Shown: positions 13,095 to 25,447 of the stretch, one piece after another
How the letters are laid out: every line of letters starts with the position of its first letter
Numbering within the stretch: the stretch's first letter is position 1
NCBI GenBank assembly: GCA_001724265.1
Contig: MEDY01000029.1
Location: 1-64,000 of the forward strand
Length of the DNA stretch: 64,000 nt
Source: Rhizaria sp. SCN 62-66
Lineage: Eukaryota
Reading direction: 5' to 3'
Position numbers and translations under genes: made by a program
Notes under the pieces: generated by a model
Told to the model about the DNA's origin: nothing
The model's database searches: none
What the model saw: the letters and a program-made list of their open reading frames with translations, nothing else

Positions 13095-15459
13095 ATGGCG
13101 TCAACGCGCCCGTCCATTGTGGACACGGTTACAATTCGTCTTGCTCACCGCCTCCCAGTCGATGCTCGGTACATATTCCTTCCAAAAGCTTCCCATTCTC
13201 AACCACCAACTTTGAATGCGTCAGAGCCGTTACTCCACACATTCTCTTTGTACCACAACAAACCCTACTCTAACCAAACCAACTCTGTTATTTATTTGCT
13301 GTACACTTAGTCTCGATGACTCCACGAAGGAATTGACCCCCGCGCACCTCGACGTGTACCGCATCCGCGGCCTTCTCCGCGACTGGCGCGATGAGCAACT
13401 AGCGCTGCGCTCCTTCCTCCCGCTGCTGCTGCGGCGGCCCAAGTTCTGGTTCCTGCTCTTCCTTGCCGGGTTCGCGCTTGCCATGTTCCCCGTGTCCGCG
13501 CGCCTGCGCGTTATCAAGCTCTACGTCTTCGCGTTCGTGTGCTTTGTTCTGCCCGTGGCGGCCTATGCACTGCACCGGCTCGAGCTCGAGGCCTGCTTGA
13601 TGCGGGCGGGTGCCAAAGACGACCTCGACGACCTCCGGTTCAACTACGTCACGGGCGCAGTGCTGATCGCCGAGATCACGATCCCCCGTCGCAACGCTAA
13701 CAGCTCTAACAACAGGAACAGCTCTGCCAGCAATGCTGCGAACACCCGCGACCCGAAGCGTTTCTCCTCCGCTCTGGCCAACTCCAGTGCTCTCGCGGAC
13801 AACAGCAGCGCCGAGCCTGAGAGCGACACGGTCATGATCGGCTTTGCCGCCTACCGCGCCCTCTCGGCCGAGAACCGCTCCGTGCGCGAACTGGGCGATC
13901 TGCGGTACCTGTACGTCACACCTGGCTTCCGCCGCCGTGGTGTCGCGACGCTGCTGCTGCAGGAGGCGTACGAGCACGCTTCGCACAACGGCTACAAGGT
14001 GCTCACGGCCGACGTCGACGAGGCGCTGCCTTCCGCGACGCACGCCTGCTTGCAGGACAGCGGTTACCGATTCTTCGCCACTGATATCGATGATATCGAC
14101 GACCACAACTCTGACTCTGATGACACTGACGATGGTGATACTGTGGCAGAAGGCAAAGAGAGCGCGTATGACAAGGCGCGCAAGGCCCAGCGCGCCGCCG
14201 CTCGCGCCCGCCGTTGCCGCGGCCTGCGCACTTGTTTCACCCGCATCTTCCGTCGCCTGGGCTGTCTCGGCGAGCGCAACGCCAAGCCGAAGTACGGGCT
14301 CTTTGCCGTGCCGCGCGTGCTGTCTCTGCGCGGGCGCAAGCTGACATACGAGCGCCGCGTGATGCCGCCCTGGGTGGATGACCATGACGACGGCGACGGC
14401 GACAGCGACGGGGAGGACGGTGACCACGCAGAGAGCAGCCAGAGCAGCGCGAAACAGAGTCAGAAACAGAGCCAGAGCGGCGGAATTGGGTTGAATAATA
14501 GTGGACGGAAGTTCCAGTCCGGGGCCTCGGTGTCGCGCCCGCTCGGTTACGGCATCGGCGCGGATGCGGCCGTCCCGCAGCAGCGGTATTATGGCCGCGG
14601 CGCGGCTGCTGCCACTGCCAAGGCCGTTACAGCCGCTGCGCCAGCCAACCGCCCCCGTCGCAGCAATGACACCAATACCAATAGCAATGGCGGTAGCGGT
14701 GGAGGTAGTAACAAGGTGACGAGTCCTGCTGTGCGCGCGGCGAATGCAGCGCGCAACGCCGCTAGCCGTGGCAACAGCAGCGGCGGCAGTAGCAGGGACG
14801 TGAACGAAGCACTGGCGGGTGTGATGGGCGACTTATATGGCCAGCGTCCTGAGGAGGCGTTCGACGGCCGCGACAGCGACGACGACAATGGCAATAATGT
14901 TCCAACGCTTAGTATGCGCAGTGCCCGCGGTGCTGAGGGGAAGCAGGGACGCCGTGTGCGGCAGCTGAACGGGCGCAACAACGAGTATTTCGACAGCGAC
15001 GACGATGAGGACGATGATGATGGTAATGAAGAGGAAGATGAGGATGAGTATGAGGTGCTTGACATCGATGACCGCGTGCCTTTGCGCGCCGGCGCCGCGC
15101 ACCGGGTACGCGTGGTCAAGGGTTCCCGCACCGCCACCGCGCCCGGCCCCATCCACAGTCTCAGCGGCGTGCGGCCACAGTCGCGAGGCCAGTCACAGGG
15201 ACAGGGACAGCAGCAGAGGCCGTTCTGGCGTCCGCCGACCTACGCCGAGCTCAGCAGTCACAACACATCTGGCTCTGGCACCGGTAACGGCTCTGGCGTC
15301 AGCGCCAGCGGGCCGCGGGCGCTGGGCGACGCGAGCATGTTCGAGCGGTACATGGCGCTGCGCGCAGGCGCCAACGCCGACGACCTGCACGGCAGCAGGT
15401 ACACCATTGAGAAGCACACGGTGGACGAGGAAGAGGTTGTTAAGCGGTTCTTTGGCTGA
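13095..15459 (+). CDS. GNAT-family acetyltransferase with N-terminal hydrophobic segments (NAT8/camello-like) and a long disordered tail
   Basis: Exons 13095-13168 and 13311-15459; the intron runs GTACAT..TAG with a CTAAC branch-like site. Acetyl-CoA motif A LRYLYVTPGFRRRGVATLLL and two hydrophobic stretches upstream. Ends in TGA. Confidence 0.75.
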
Positions 15460-16214
15460 GTGCTTCGATGTGGGACCTTGACGCGTGACGATTGTCGTTG
15501 CCAAACGACATCACAATGGCGATGTCAATATGTAAGATGGTCGTTTATGAATATTTAGTGGATAATAAAACATTGTACGATTTTACCAACCCTTCTTGTA
15601 GCTCTGTAACATGAGTATTGTAAGTACATGTACAAGTATTTGGAGGTGTCATGTTGGCACTATGTTGATTTACCCGCGGGCTATTTTCCCATCTCAGTCC
15701 AATCGGGGCTCGCCCGACACACCGTGGTTCATCGTGTTCAAGCCGTGCCCCGTGAGTCTGCTGCGCGGCGCCGTGCCTGTTGGGCGCGTGGAGGCGTGCG
15801 CGACTGGCAAGGCGATGACGACGGCGTATTTCGACGCAAACGTGTTGTATGAGCTCGAGAGAATGTGCCCAATATTGTGCGCGGTAGGATGAACGTGCAC
15901 GTCATATCGCGACGATTATGATGAGAATGAGGATGGAGTGACGGGGGAGTTTGACCAACTCACGTCTCCAGGAATGGGAGAGTAAAGCGACGGCACTGTC
16001 TGCCTAGTTGCAGCAAACAGGTCTCAAATGCGTTACGCGCGACACGCTTGCTTGAAACAGCCCAGATGTGCTGAGCACTGGTACTTACGTACTTGCATTC
16101 TTGATGACGGCAGTGGTTCCACGTTGTAGGAGCTTACGCAGGTGCGTGCGCTGCTTGTGCGCATGGTTGGCTGTGGTTAGGGCTGTTAAAACCTCAAAAT
16201 GGTCATCAAATCAG

Positions 16215-16236
16215 TTTTTTTTTTTTTTTTTTTTTT
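16215..16236. repeat. Poly(T)22 homopolymer
   Basis: Run of 22 T seen directly in intergenic DNA. Confidence 0.9.
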
Positions 16237-17231
16237 AATGGATACACGTACAAATCAAACCAGCGTGGTCTATTTTCCAAGTGCCAAAAGCAGCGACAAG
16301 CTCATGCTATGTTCACGACTATCTTCGTACTATCTCTCTGCCCCATCTTTGACTGACTCTAGCGTGGTTGGTGCACGATGCAATACTCCATGGATCGATG
16401 ACTACTAGTGATTGATCCACAGAGCAATATACAAATTTGAAATAGTACTACTATTCATCGACAGAAGCTCTAATCAGCTACGTAGTATTTTTTATTGACT
16501 GTTGTTGTGCCATTTCGTACTTCATATACTAGTATTAGTAGTAGGGTGCTTGCTCGTCTTGCGAGTTGAAATGTACTAGTAGACGCAGCGTCGTTCTGCT
16601 TTTCTTAGGAATTGCTTGCTAATCCGGTACTGACCACATACTACCATATAGTAATGTACTAAAGTAAGCCTGATGTGAATCATACAGCATTATGCACTAG
16701 TCATTCACACTCGTCTGACCATGATGATCATGGGGGTGACAGTGACATCTCCTTCTCGATCGACTTGCACGAAGTGGAGGCACAGAGTCGTAAACTGCCC
16801 CAGCCCAGGCCAACAGTTTATACAATGATGTACATAGCGATCTACTCTCAGTGAAACTGCGGTATAAACGTATATTTTACTTTACAGTTGCGGAAATGAC
16901 ATTATTCTTATTTTAGACGCTTCGATTTACAGGGGAAGTGTATTTCTTTCACTCGACCTTACGTCCAAGCGCGCTGCGCACGAAACCGCCAAAGTTCTCT
17001 TGATCAAACACGTCGTAAATCGGCACCCATGATCGTTTTTAATGAAGCCAGCGCAATTTGCGCGGAGAAAATGCGTGTATAGTGTTTAAACGCTGAAGAA
17101 TATGCCATCTCGATCAATGCTTCAGCCGAATTTGTCTCGCTTGTTCCTCCCTCAGAACCCATCATTTGATGATCCACTGATTGGACTGACTCGTTCCTCT
17201 CCTCAATTTTTTGCTTCCAGTTCTCTCTTCA

Positions 17232-18587
17232 ATGCGTGTCGCGTCCGCGTTTGCGCTCGTCGTTGCCGTTTTTGTTGCGGCCGCGCAGTCTGCCTCCACG
17301 ATGTGGACCGGATCTCTTTATACAAGCACTCTGGTCGCCGGTCGCACTAACGTCACCTTCACTGCGTCCATGCGCCCCGGCTCGGGCAGCACGTCGACAA
17401 CGATTGTCTCCGGTGACTATCTTGTCATGCGTCTTACGGGCGCGTGGGCAACTGAGAACGCTGCTGCGACGTGCAAGATGAGCAAGCGCACCCGCAGCTA
17501 CGACTTGGACGCAAGCTACTACACGTCAGGAACCTCGAGTTACAATGCCGAGGGTCCCGAAGAGGGCGAGCGCGTGATCGGTGTCCGGCTGAGCAACAAG
17601 TACACCGCATCTGGCAGCGAGTACACGAATCTTATCTGCCTTGTCACGATGCCCGCCTCCGCCGTAGGCAAGGTCTCGCCGGTCGTGAGCTCCGGCTACA
17701 GCTCCCCATTCGATGACGTGTACATCGGCGCCGTTAGCGCAACCACGGTCAGCGAGGAGCCGGCCACTTAGGTCGCCAACTATTGGATGAAGTTTACCAC
17801 CAACACATTACCGACTAAGTCATTTAACGCGCTTACTCAGGTATTCTTCAGCAACATCAAGAATGATGCTGGTATCCCGCTTTCCATCGCTGCGGGCATC
17901 CGTTCCGCTTACTTCTACCCCGCCGGCACGCCCCGCGCGCTATCTAAGCGCGCCGCGCGTGAGGCTGAGGCCGCCGCTGCGCTTGACATAACCCCGCGCG
18001 ACGTTTTTATTGCTGCTACTAATAGCGCTGACGAGAAGGGCTCGCTCGTTGTCGAAGTTAGCATCACACCGTCAATTGATAACACAGCGTCTGAGCTTTC
18101 GAGCGTCGTGACTACAGAGGGCTTTTCTACCACCGTCAACGCGTATCTTGCGCGTAGTATTAATGGCGAACTGACTGACACAGAGGCGTACACTCTATTT
18201 GTGCCCGGAACGTGCAGCGATGGTGTTAAGGATGGGGAAGAGACTGATGTCGACTGTGGTGGCGGCGAGTGCTACGCTTGCACACTTAAGGAAACTTGCA
18301 AGGTACGAATCATTTCTTTTATACGTACGTATTTGAACCGATCAATGAATATAAATAAACGAGTTGCAAATTCACTAATGCCAGCTCACATTGACGTTAT
18401 TTGTCAATGAATTGTTTCAATTCATACGTGTCTATATTCTACTTAGGCTGACAACGACTGCTGGACCGCAGACTGTGACTCTTCGTCTTTAAAGTGCGTC
18501 AACGCTGCCACTGCCGGAGCTGCGACCACTGCTGCACTTGCCACCGCTGCATTTGCCGCTTTTTTTGCGGCCTTCCTTGGCTTCTAA
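17232..18587 (+). CDS. Secreted, putatively GPI-anchored surface protein with a Cys-rich CxDGxKDGxETDVDCGG module (one in-frame TAG)
   Basis: Signal peptide MRVASAFALVVAVFVAAAQSA. Exons 17232-18302 (TAG at 17769-17771) and 18447-18587. The C-terminus NAATAGAATTAALATAAFAAFFAAFLGF-TAA resembles a GPI signal. Confidence 0.75.
17769..17771 (+). other. In-frame TAG (putative sense codon) #1
   Basis: EEPAT*VANYWMKFT. The flanking ORFs 17211-17771 and 17787-18410 are in the same frame with no AT-rich intron between them. Confidence 0.7.
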
Positions 18588-19479
18588 AGCACGCATATGA
18601 CATACAAAGCTCAATCGCCCGAAAACTGTTTATGAACAAGCCTATTACGTCCTTATCAAAGTCCATGTGAGCGAGGGTAGAGAGCGGTATAGTATGTACA
18701 TGTATTTCAGTGTGGTTTAGTGCGCGCTTAAATGTATGTCGTTCCATACGACGGCACAAAAAAGCGAACGCTTATATGTGTTAAAGTGGCCAGGCTAATA
18801 CAACGCGCAGACGACTTTAGCGAAGAGTTTAGATAGATAATGTGGTAGAGCTAACAAGGTGATCCAATAGAATACACAAAAACGAAAAGACACGTGTAAA
18901 TATATAATAGCACAGAAGCAGATGCAACAAAACTAGAGTAACAAGATGTTTGATCGTGACAGCAGGCAGCAGACAGAAAACGAAATCAAATCTAGAAAAC
19001 GACAATAAGTGAAAAGTTCATACAGAAGATGTGACAGTCAAGTGACAGCAGCAAAAATGAGCCTCAACAATCTCTTGAACTCCAACTCAATGAACGAGCA
19101 AGTGGAAGAGACGGCAAGCTATCAAACGGTGTGTGTTGCGCTGCAGTTGCAGCAGGATAGATATGAACGAATGAAACAAGGAACACACAAAGACGATGAA
19201 CTTACTCAAATGCATGTTCAAAAATCATATGGAGCATGATCGTAACATGAAGATGAGGTTTGCTATTTTGCGTGCTTACGTGAAAGACTTGGCAAAGACA
19301 GTGACAAACGATGGCAAATACAATAAAACAACAATACATATCCACTGGTAATATACAAAGAATAAAGGACATACATATACAATACAAACTACTATAAAGA
19401 ACTACTTTGACTAATTTCTTCGCGCAACACACACAAAAAAATTGCATTATTTGATTATAGAAAACCACAGCGCACAGTT

Positions 19480-19531
19480 TGTGTGTGTGTGTGTGTGCGT
19501 GTCCATCGTGTGTGTGTGTCCATCGTGTGTG
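19480..19531. repeat. (TG)n microsatellite with a duplicated GTCCATCGTGTGTG unit
   Basis: Seen directly in the sequence. Confidence 0.85.
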
Positions 19532-19635
19532 CTTGATGCATCGTGGACGTACTTACCCACGACTTCAAGCACCACACGTACATGGATACGAGTTTTGGTG
19601 TTGGATTCGGCATGGCCTTTTGTGAGGTTCGCAAT

Positions 19636-22600
19636 TTACGTAGTGACATTGCTATCGCCAAACACAGCTGCGTTGTTGCCCTGGTCTTCCTCTTCTTCGT
19701 CGCCGTCGTCGGCAGCGATGCAGTCGATGGGCACCATAATCCGGGGACGCCGCACGGTGAGAATGCCGCTGTTCTTGTACCCCTTCTCGTTGGCCATCTT
19801 GGGGTCGATGATCGCCAGGTTCAGCGGCTCGCCGTAGTCGTGCGCAATCACCGTCGCCGTGACGTCGCGCTTGCCGCCGCCCACGCGCTTCGACTCCTTG
19901 TCCTTGCCGCCGCCGTCGGCCGCCGCGCTCGCGCCCTCCTTGTGCTTGTCCTTGTGCTTCCCGCTCCCGGCCTTCTCGCCGTGTGCGTAGATGCTCGGGA
20001 AGAGCTTGCGCAGCGACGTCACGCAGCGGCCGATCGTCTCGCCCTCGGCGGTGCCGTCGTCGTGCGCGACGCGGATCAAGATCGCGCGCTGTGGCATGCT
20101 CGCGCACAGCGCCGCAAGCGCCAGCACGGGCGCCTGCCACGTCGGCTCCAGCGTGTGCCCGCCCGCGCCCGCCGTCTCGGAGCGGTACACAAGCCGCCAG
20201 AAGTGGCCCTCCATCGCCAGCGGGCGCCCGGGCGTCCAGGTCTCGCCGCCGCCGATGTGCCAGTACCCGCGGCGGCCGCGTGCCTGCTGCTGCTGCTCCG
20301 TCGCGCCGCTGCCCGACGCGCTGGCCGGGATTAGCGAGCGCGCGGCGCCGCCCGGCGAAGCGGGCGTCGCGGTGCCGGCCACGACGCCGCCCGTGTACAG
20401 CGCGGCCGTGTCGACCGCAAGCGCGGGCTGGCCGGCGCCGGAGTTAAGCCCCACGGTACTTGTGAAGGACGCGTCCAGCGCGCCGCCGTCGGCGTTGTCC
20501 CAGCTCGTCCCGGCGGCGGCGTGTAGCGACTTGAACGTGCCGAGCCGTGGCGACAGCGCGCCCGCGTTGGCCGCGGCGCCCGCGCCGACGCCGCTGCTGC
20601 TGCCCACGAAGCCGGGGCCCAGGCTCTGCTGCGCGGCGTTAGCGTGGGCGGCGCCGGTCTCGATAGCGTTGCGCGCGCCGCCGGACTTGTCGAGCGCGTA
20701 GATCTCGATGAACGGCTTGCTTTTCCACGCCGACCGCACGAGCGTCGCCGACAGCGGTAAGTGCAGCAGCAAGTCAAGCCGCGGCAGTGTGGCGAAGGGC
20801 GCCAAGTACTTGTCCACGGGCAAGTAGTTTGCCGTCGCAGAGGCCACCGTCGTCGCCCCGGGCGCGTGGGCTGAGAAGAGCGACATGCGGCCCGTCGCGC
20901 TCGTCGCCGCCGTCGAGGGCCGCGAGTGCCCGTCGTTGGTGCTGGCGGCCGAAGAGCGCGAGTACTCGCTGGCGTAGGCGGACCCGGCGTGGTGCGAGTT
21001 GCGCGAGTGCCCGTGGCCGCGGTCGACCCGCAGCGCGCCCGCGGCGACCGCCAGCGCGATGCCGCGGTCCGCCGGCTCCGGGTACGCCGATGCGACGACC
21101 TTGGCGCGGCACACGCGCAGCGCGCCGCCCGTCTTGCCGTTGGCGGCGCCGGAGAGCAGGAGGTAGTCGAGGTGGTCCTCGATGAGCACGCGGTCGCCGG
21201 GACCCGTCGACCTGCGAGCGTACTCGCGCACGTCGAACAAGCGGCGCACGCCGACGGCGCTCGAGTCGGCCCCGGCGACAGCAACACCGGCGGTCGCGCC
21301 GCCGCCGCCGAGGCTGTTGAGGCTCGCGCCGACCGTGCTCGCCGTCTGCGGTAGCGCGGTGCCGTGGCCAGTGACAATGGACGCACGGTACGGCAGCGTC
21401 GGCGACACGGGCAGGTGGTCCAGCTGCGCCGAGCGCGGCCAGAAGGCGAGTTTGCGCATCGTGGTGCGCGTTTGGCCGATGAAGTCGGGCGCTGTGTTGT
21501 TGCCGCGGTGGCCCAGCAGACGCAGCAGCAGCGGGCGGTCGAGCTCGCCAGCGCATAGCGGCGCCACCGCGAGCTTGAGCGTCGGCAGCACGAGGCTCGC
21601 GTTAGCCCGCGGGTCCACCTCGCCAGCCACGGGCGCAGACACGAACACGCGCTCCCAGATCTCGTCGAAGCCCTCGATCGCGGCGGCCGCACTCGCGGAG
21701 CCGTTGGCGCCGTTGTCGTGCGTGCGGACGAGCGCGGTGCACGTCGCGATGTAGTGCGCCGACACGGGCGGGTTCGCCAGCAGAGATGTCTCGTTGCACG
21801 GGATGGTGATCCGGTCGCCCTGAAGCACCGCGATCGCGTTCTGTGCCGCTGCGCCGCCGCGGCGCGCGCCAGCGCCCGTGATGCAGTCCGTCGCGGTCAC
21901 GAAGTACTGGTCCCAGTCCTTGCCCAGGTCGACCGCGCCGACGTCTGACCGACGGACGAGAGCGCAGACGGCGCGCCAGTCCTCCGGCGCGCACTGTGCG
22001 CGCGCGGCAACGAGGCGGCAGACCTCGATGTAGGGCTTCACAGCCGAGTTGAAGACGTGTTTGGGCGCGCGGATGGCCTCGGCGCGGAGTGTCACGTGCA
22101 GTTCCAGCCCGGCGGGACACACCAGCGCGTCCGGGGTAATCGTCGTGTGCGACAGACAGGGCGGCATGGCGCTGGCGTCGGGCGCCGCGAGCGCCTCGGC
22201 CACGGCGGCCGACTCTGCAGCGGCGGCCGCGGCGGCAGCGGCGGCGCGGCGGGAGGATCTATCTTTATCCTTGGTTCCCGAGGCCGCGGCGGCGTCCGTA
22301 CTAGCTGACTCGGCGGTGGAAGGGCGCATGTTGCCGGGCCGCCCGGTGTAAATGTTGCCCGGCTTGCCCGATAGCACAGGAGCAGCAGCGGCGGGGTCGT
22401 CCTTGTCCTTGTCCTTGTCCTTATGGTGGTCTTTCTCGCGCTTGCGGGCCGCCTTAGCCTTGCCCAGCTCGGCGGCGTCGGTGCTGTTCTGCCGCTCGTG
22501 CCGGCCGTGACCGTGCCCGTGACCGTGACTAAGACTGTGTGCCTCGTTGCCAGTGCCGGCGTGCGAGTACGACGAGGGATACAGCTCGGCGCCGGCCGAC

Positions 22601-24395
22601 TTGGTCGACAGCGACGCCAGTCCGCCCGTCGCATCCGCGTACTGCGCCGCCGTCATGCCCGCCGCGCTCGCCGTCACCACCGGCGGCGCGGCGCGGCCCT
22701 CGGTGGCGGCGGGCGCGTACGCAGTGGCAGGGCCCAGCACGGGGGACTCGTAGCGCGTGTCGGCCACGGCCACGATGCTGCGGCCGCGAAACCCGCCCTG
22801 CGGCGTCGTCGCCGCAGCGGGCGGGGCGTTCGCGCGCTTGGACATGACCTTAAGATGCGTGCCGTTGCCACCGCCGCCGTTGTCGTCAGCGTCTTCGTCG
22901 GAGACCGACACGTCGACGTTGAGATCGTCGAGCCGGTCGTCGCTGCCGTTGCCCGCGCTGGTGGCCGTGGCGGGTCGGGACCGGGCCTTGGGCTGCACTG
23001 GCGCCGCGGGTGCTGTGGTCGCCGCACCAGTGCCCGTCGCGACACCGCCCGCGAGCTGGGACTGGGCGGGGAGCGCGCTGCCGGTGACGGAGCCGCGCTG
23101 CTGCTGCTGCTGGCGCAGCGCGCGCAGGGAGCCCGTCTCAGAGGCAGCCGTGGGGATGTAGCCGCTCCAGTCGCCCGAGGCGGCAGAGTGGTGGCGGGCC
23201 AGCCGACCGCTGACCTCGGCCTGTGTGTACATGGTGAATTGAGACCATTGGAAAAGAAATGGAACACATTTGTGAGATTCAAATCAGTTATCTTCTTCTT
23301 TAAACAATAAATGATTTTTAGCGGCAGAAATATGAATAGATACACATTAAAAATGGTTTACATGTTCAGCACACACGATATTGACATGTTATATGAGGGT
23401 TGTGGTAAACTTACCGGAGCCTGCTGTGTCGCAGTCGGCGACGGTGTCGGCACTGCCCCAGCCGCAACCCCCGCGGCAGCCGCAGTGACGGACGGGGGCA
23501 GGCGCAGCGCGTCCGCGGTCTGCGGCCGGCTGCCGCTGTTGTTGTTGGCGCTGCTGAGTCCCCGCGCGGAAAGAGGCATCATGCGCGGGGTCAGGCCGGG
23601 GGTCGTCGAACCCCCCGCACCACCCGCGCCGTTGCCGCCGGCACCGATGCCGCCCTGATGCGACGACGGCGTTGGCGACGCCGGCCGACTGCCCGCGTCG
23701 CTGGCGACCGCGAAGTCGTCGCTGGTGTCCTTGTGCGCGCGCACGGCGTTGACCTTGGCCGTGGTGGGGCCAGAGCGCAGCGCGGTGAGCCCCGGAGTCG
23801 CGGCCTCGAACGACGCTTGCACGGCGTACAGAGAAAGCCGCGGCGCGCCCCCGTTGGCGGCGGAAAACGAGTGCGCGGGGGACGCGGCGTAGGGCGCAGA
23901 GGTGCTGCCCGAGGCTGACACGGGCCGCGACAGGGACGGCTGAGGCTGGAACTGGAGCGGGAGGGCGAAGTTGGGCGGCGCGGGGGACGAGGAGACATTC
24001 AGGCGGTCGATCGCGGCCGAGAGACCAAAAGTCGTAGCCTGGGGCTGCGTTGCAGTCGCGGGAGTGGGGATTGGGGCGCTGGGGACGTTGAGACTGGCGG
24101 GTCTGGTCACGGCGGGGCCGGAGGGCGTGGGGGAGCCGGACGGCGGCCGCGACAGCCCGGCCGGAACCGACGTCGACAGGCCCGGAGAAACAAGCGGGAA
24201 CTGCGTGGAGAGCGGCGGGATCGTCAGTACGGGCACGCGCGGCGCTGCGCTGAGAGGGGAGCTGTCAGCGAGGAGCTGGGACTTCATGGCGTTGACCTGC
24301 GAGAGCATCGCGTCGACGGCTGAGTGACTGGCCTTGGCGGTGCCCTCGACGGCGCCCAGGCGTGACGAGAGGTCGCCGCCGGTAGATGAGCTCAT
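19636..24395 (-). CDS. ~1520-aa protein with two copine-type (C2B-like) C2 domains and no vWA domain
   Basis: Exons 24395-23415 and 23220-19636 (GTAAGT..CAG, phase 0). Motifs KSKPFIEIY..WRLVYRSE..LEPTW..LC..RAILIRV..IGRCVTSLRKL..IIDPK..GYKNSGIL, plus a first copy KPYIEV..WERVF..LCAGELDRPLLLRL..DFIGQTRTTMRKL. Ends in TAA. Confidence 0.75.
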
Positions 24396-25447
24396 GAGTG
24401 GAGCGCGGGGCGCGGGAAAGCGCGGGCAAGGCGCGGAGAGCGGGGCCCGGGCGAGGTCGGCGAAGCGGGGGTTACGCTTGGGATGCTGTGCACAGGTGGG
24501 ATACGCTGACGAAAGCAAGAAGAACAAAGGAGAGCAAAGTCAATGCAACACATTGTGACAAAGATTAGATATAATATGTTGTCTAATATGTGGCATATCC
24601 AGTCTAGTGAAAATACTACGAGAGAGAACTGTGCTTCTATCGAGCTGAAGAGCGAGCCATGAGGCACGAACGACCTTGTGTGGTCTGTCGCAAAAGGCAG
24701 TATATGTCAACGCAGATAAACGTAGAGGAATTGACAATATAATTTATAGCTAAAATACTACGCGGCTCATCCTATACATATGCCATATCTCTTATTAACG
24801 ATAGAATAAGATGCAACATGAGCTTCTTATAAAGCATCAGAAAACCGTTGAGGTTTGCCGTTGCCACCCCCAGCCTCCTTGCCATCGCACTCGACAAGCA
24901 GAGGGGCACTAGACTTACAACGCAGGCGGTTCGACAATAAAAACACGCATCATGCGACTAAATGCCGGTGTATTATATATACTGTGTAATCATGAGTAAA
25001 AAAAAGAAGAATTGTCCTAAATAGCCCTAGATAGCCTCAAAAAAGTGCTATACCAGCGCATGTCACGCTCGGTAATATCAAAGAGAGCAAGGAAGGCGGA
25101 GATTTACAAGGTGAAACGAGGACGGAAACATGTGCTGCACAAGCCTCATCGCAGTCAAATGAACTGGCTGGGTGTGCTAAACATGCATGTCTACGTGCTC
25201 TTGCTTTGTAGTCGAAACAAGGCGGTAAGGCACTGGGGCCTCGCCCGTGACACAAACATCGACTGCAAAAAACATCAGCGGATGCTTGCATGCAAAAGCA
25301 CGCTCCAGTCAATAAGAAAACAATTATCACGATAAGATCACGATAAGGTATAAGAAATAAAAACTCGAATTCGAGGAGTGAAAGGAAGATGAACGCGTCG
25401 CACACGATGTGCATGTGACTGGCATCCGACCCAGCTCAGTCCCTGAC

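Noticed and set aside
13308-13310. TAG ending ORF 13095-13310 as another recoded site
   Set aside because: It is the 3' acceptor of a normal AT-rich intron (13169-13310). The same applies to other ORF-ending TAGs inside introns.
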